Shown one piece after another: positions 17,411 through 24,000 of a stretch of DNA of 24,000 nt; the first letter of the stretch is position 1; the number at the start of each line of letters is the position of its first letter. A model generated the notes under the pieces. It saw only the letters and a program-made list of their open reading frames with translations, was not told the origin of the DNA and searched no databases. The position numbers and the translations under genes were made by a program. Source of the DNA: Zoogloeaceae bacterium (GTDB lineage: Bacteria > Pseudomonadota > Gammaproteobacteria > Burkholderiales > Rhodocyclaceae); the NCBI GenBank assembly GCA_031271025.1, contig JAISWQ010000157.1, forward strand, positions 14,101-38,100, in the 5' to 3' direction.

Positions 17411-18529
17411 TCAGTCCAGCAGAATCAGGTTGTTCCGGTGGATCAGCTCAGGTTCCTGGATATAACCCAGCAGCCCTTCGATTTCACCGGAAGTGTGGCG
17501 AAGAATGCGGCGGGATTCAGAAGCGCCATAATTGACCAGGCCGCGCGCGATTTCCCTGCCATCCGGCGCGACACAACCAACCGCCGCGCCGCGCCCAAAC
17601 TCGCCTGTCACGGCAATTGCCCCAACCGGCAAAAGACTGCCGCCCGCGCGCAGCGCCTTGCAGGCGCCGGCATCCAGATAAATCTGTCCGGCGGTTTGCA
17701 GATGATCGGCAAGCCACTGTTTTTTCGCGGCGAGCGGCGCGGTTCTGGAAACCAGCAGGGTACCAATGGACTCCCCCGCCGCCAGACGCGCGATCACTTC
17801 CGGCTCGCGGCCACTGGCGATTACCGTCGCCGCACCGCTCCTTGCCGCGCGTCTGGCCGCCAGAACCTTGGTCAACATCCCGCCCGTGCCCATTGCCGTC
17901 CCCGCGCCTCCCGCCATGGCTTCCAGTTCCGGGCTGCCTGCCACGGCCTCCGTCACCAGCGTCGCCTCGGGATGCTTGCGCGGATCCGCCGTATACAAAC
18001 CCGGCTGGTCGGTAAGAATCACAAGGGCATCCGCTTCCACCGCGTTGGCAACCAGCGCCCCCAGCGTATCGTTATCGCCAAACCTGATTTCATCCGTCAC
18101 CACGGTATCGTTTTCGTTGATGACGGGCACCGCGCCCAATTCCAGCAGGGCCGCCAGCGTGGAGCGGGCATTCAGGTAGCGGGTGCGGTCGGCAAGGTCG
18201 GCATGGGTGAGCAGGATTTGCGCGGTATGCACGCCATGCGCAAAAAAGGCTTCCCGGTAGATTTGTGCCAGACCCATTTGCCCAACGGCAGCACAGGCCT
18301 GCAATTCCCGTAATTCACGCGGACGCTTCTCCCAGCCCAGGCGCTGCATTCCGCAGGCAACCGCGCCAGAGGAAACGAGCAGGATTTGCCGCCCCGCCTT
18401 TTGCAGGCCGACAATCTGCCGCGCCCAATCATGGATGGCATCCAGCGCCACGCCGCGCCCATTGCCGGCAATGAGCGCCGAACCAACCTTGATGACGAGA
18501 CGCTGCGCGTTTTTCAGTAAGGATGTCAT
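17411..18529 (-). CDS. proB: Glutamate 5-kinase (with C-terminal PUA domain)
   Basis: 372-aa ORF with [11 protein letters not shown]... at the N-terminus and [10 protein letters not shown] in the AAK-fold core. The C-terminal PUA-like region reads [23 protein letters not shown]. Confidence 0.95.
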   Translation of the reverse strand: MTSLLKNAQRLVIKVGSALIAGNGRGVALDAIHDWARQIVGLQKAGRQILLVSSGAVACGMQRLGWEKRPRELRELQACAAVGQMGLAQIYREAFFAHGVHTAQILLTHADLADRTRYLNARSTLAALLELGAVPVINENDTVVTDEIRFGDNDTLGALVANAVEADALVILTDQPGLYTADPRKHPEATLVTEAVAGSPELEAMAGGAGTAMGTGGMLTKVLAARRAARSGAATVIASGREPEVIARLAAGESIGTLLVSRTAPLAAKKQWLADHLQTAGQIYLDAGACKALRAGGSLLPVGAIAVTGEFGRGAAVGCVAPDGREIARGLVNYGASESRRILRHTSGEIEGLLGYIQEPELIHRNNLILLD

Positions 18530-18545
18530 GGCGATTCAGAAATTT

Positions 18546-20503
<1,958 letters not shown>

Positions 20504-20578
20504 CTATGTTTTGCAAGTGGTTGTGCTGAGTAGACGCGGTGGTGTCGACTGCGGATGATTTCACCGTTTTCAGAGTCG

Positions 20579-20615
20579 AAAATATCGGATCGGATGAAGC
20601 CAAACCCGATATTTT
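20579..20615 (-). other. AT-rich 10-bp perfect inverted repeat just after the gltD stop (terminator-like hairpin or protein-binding palindrome)
   Basis: AAAATATCGG (20579..20588) and CCGATATTTT (20606..20615) are separated by 17 nt. On the minus strand the repeat starts 8 nt after the gltD TGA. Confidence 0.4.
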
Positions 20616-20623
20616 GTGGGCCA

Positions 20624-22092
20624 TCAACGCGGTAACAGCGTCTTGCCCATCAAAAAGGCATCCACTGCCCGCGCGCACTGGCGGCCTTCGCGGATGGCCC
20701 AGACGATGAGCGACTGGCCGCGCCGGGTGTCGCCTGCGGCGAAGACCCTGGGGACGCTGGTCTTGTAGGCATCGACGCCTTCCGTCGTGGCGCGGGCGTT
20801 GCCGTGCGCATCCTTGTCCACGCCGAAAGCGTCGAGCAGGGCGGGGACAGGGTGCAGAAACCCCATTGCCAGAAAAACCGCGTCACAGGGTAGTTCAAAT
20901 TCACTGCCTGCCACTTCCGTCATTTTGCCGTCCTGCCATTCGACACGCACGGCTTTTACGGCTTTCACGCAGCCCTTGCCGTCGTCGATGAAAGCCTTGG
21001 TCATCACCGAAAATTCGCGGCGGGTGTCACCTTCCCTGTGCGAGGAGGAGGTGCGCAATTTCAGGGGCCAGTACGGCCAGGTCAGCGCCTTGTCTTCCGC
21101 CACTGGCGGCTGTGGCATCAATTCAAACTGGGTGACGGAGGCCGCGCCGTGACGGTAGCTGGTGCCCACGCAGTCCGCGCCGGTATCGCCACCACCGATC
21201 ACGAGTACGTGTTTGCCCCGTACCTGCACGGGATTTTTCACGCCCTGCTGCACTTCGCGGTTTTGCGGAATCAGGAATTCCAGCGCGGCGTAAATGCCTT
21301 TTGACTCGCGCCCCGGAACCGGCAGGTCGCGCGGCACTTCGGAACCAGCGGCCAGCACTACCGCATCGAATGTCTTGTTCAGTTCGGCGGCGGAAATCAC
21401 GGTGGACGCCTCGTCGGCAACCCCATTGGGCAGCGCCTTGTCGCCGATCAGGGTCTGCGTCTTGAAGCACACGCCTTCGGCTTCCATCTGCTTGACCCGA
21501 CGGTCGATCACGGCGGCTTCCAGCTTGAAGTCGGGAATGCCAAAGCCCAGAAGACCGCCAATGCGGCTGTTTTTCTCGAACACCGTCACCGCGTGTCCGG
21601 CGCGCGCCAATTGCTGCGCGGCAGCGAGACCCGCAGGGCCGGAACCGACGATGGCGACTTTTTTGCCCGTGCGCACGGGCGCGGGTTGCGGCTTGATCCA
21701 GCCTTTTTCCCAGCCCTTGTCGACGATGGCGTGCTCGATCGACTTGATGCCCACTGGCGCGGCGTTGATGCCCAACGTGCAGGCCGCCTCACAGGGGGCA
21801 GGACAAACGCGCCCGGTAAAGTCGGGGAAGTTGTTGGTGGAATGCAATACCGCCAGCGCCTTTTCCCATTCGCCCTTGAAGACAAGATCGTTCCAGTCGG
21901 GGATGACATTGTGCAACGGGCAACCGTTGTGGCAGAAGGGCACGCCGCAATCCATGCAGCGCGCGCCCTGGGTTTGCGCTTCGGTCTCCGTCAGGGTCTT
22001 TACGAACTCGCGGTAATGTCCGCGCCGGGTCTCCGGGGCTTCGCAGGTTTCTTCCACCCGTTCAAATTCGAGAAATCCGGTCGGCTTGCCCA

Positions 22093-22093
<1 letters not shown>
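20624..22093 (-). CDS. gltD: Glutamate synthase (NADPH) small subunit
   Basis: 489-aa ORF. The N-terminal [15 protein letters not shown]... is followed by Fe-S cysteine clusters ([23 protein letters not shown]) and the Rossmann motif [14 protein letters not shown]. The ATG overlaps the gltB TAA (TAATG). Confidence 0.95.

Positions 22094-24000
<1,907 letters not shown>

Overview
GC-rich chromosomal segment with strong GC3 bias. The protein similarities look betaproteobacterial; any finer placement would be a guess. The window is almost entirely core or housekeeping. I count 18 CDS (2 partial), 1 tRNA and 1 transposase relic.

Gene content, left to right:
- Minus strand: a methylmalonyl-pathway operon, scpA/mcm, a 98-aa ORF, meaB, then pccB. 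pccB runs off the left edge and is missing from the supplied ORF track.
- Plus strand: an AEC-family transporter.
- Minus strand: metG, a SulP/STAS anion transporter, and two Kdo/WaaP (InaA)-type kinase genes. The second kinase gene is a tandem two-domain fusion.
- Minus strand: a ppiD-like chaperone gene and tRNA-Ser(GCU).
- Plus strand: an fbpABC-like Fe(3+) ABC importer.
- Minus strand: gltB (partial)-gltD and adk-obgE-proB.

I do not see a convincing novel multi-gene system. There are no defence, toxin-antitoxin, CRISPR-Cas, secretion or biosynthetic-cluster signatures.

Ordinary annotation leaves the following unexplained:
1. A structured intergenic repeat family of about 140 nt. There are two full copies (1592..1740 and 13324..13460) and one palindromic partial copy (20436..20485). 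The full copies have conserved ends and a central 14-bp hairpin whose sequence differs between copies while the pairing is kept.
2. A short IS481-type transposase N-terminal relic, cut off exactly where repeat copy B begins, next to tRNA-Ser.
3. An orphan UUCG-capped intrinsic terminator that closes a GGA-rich, A-rich non-coding stretch. This is a candidate sRNA.
4. An uncharacterised small ORF translationally coupled to meaB.
5. The sulP / inaA-like / tandem-kinase coupling.

All functional calls come from reading the translations and motifs by eye. No database search was run.
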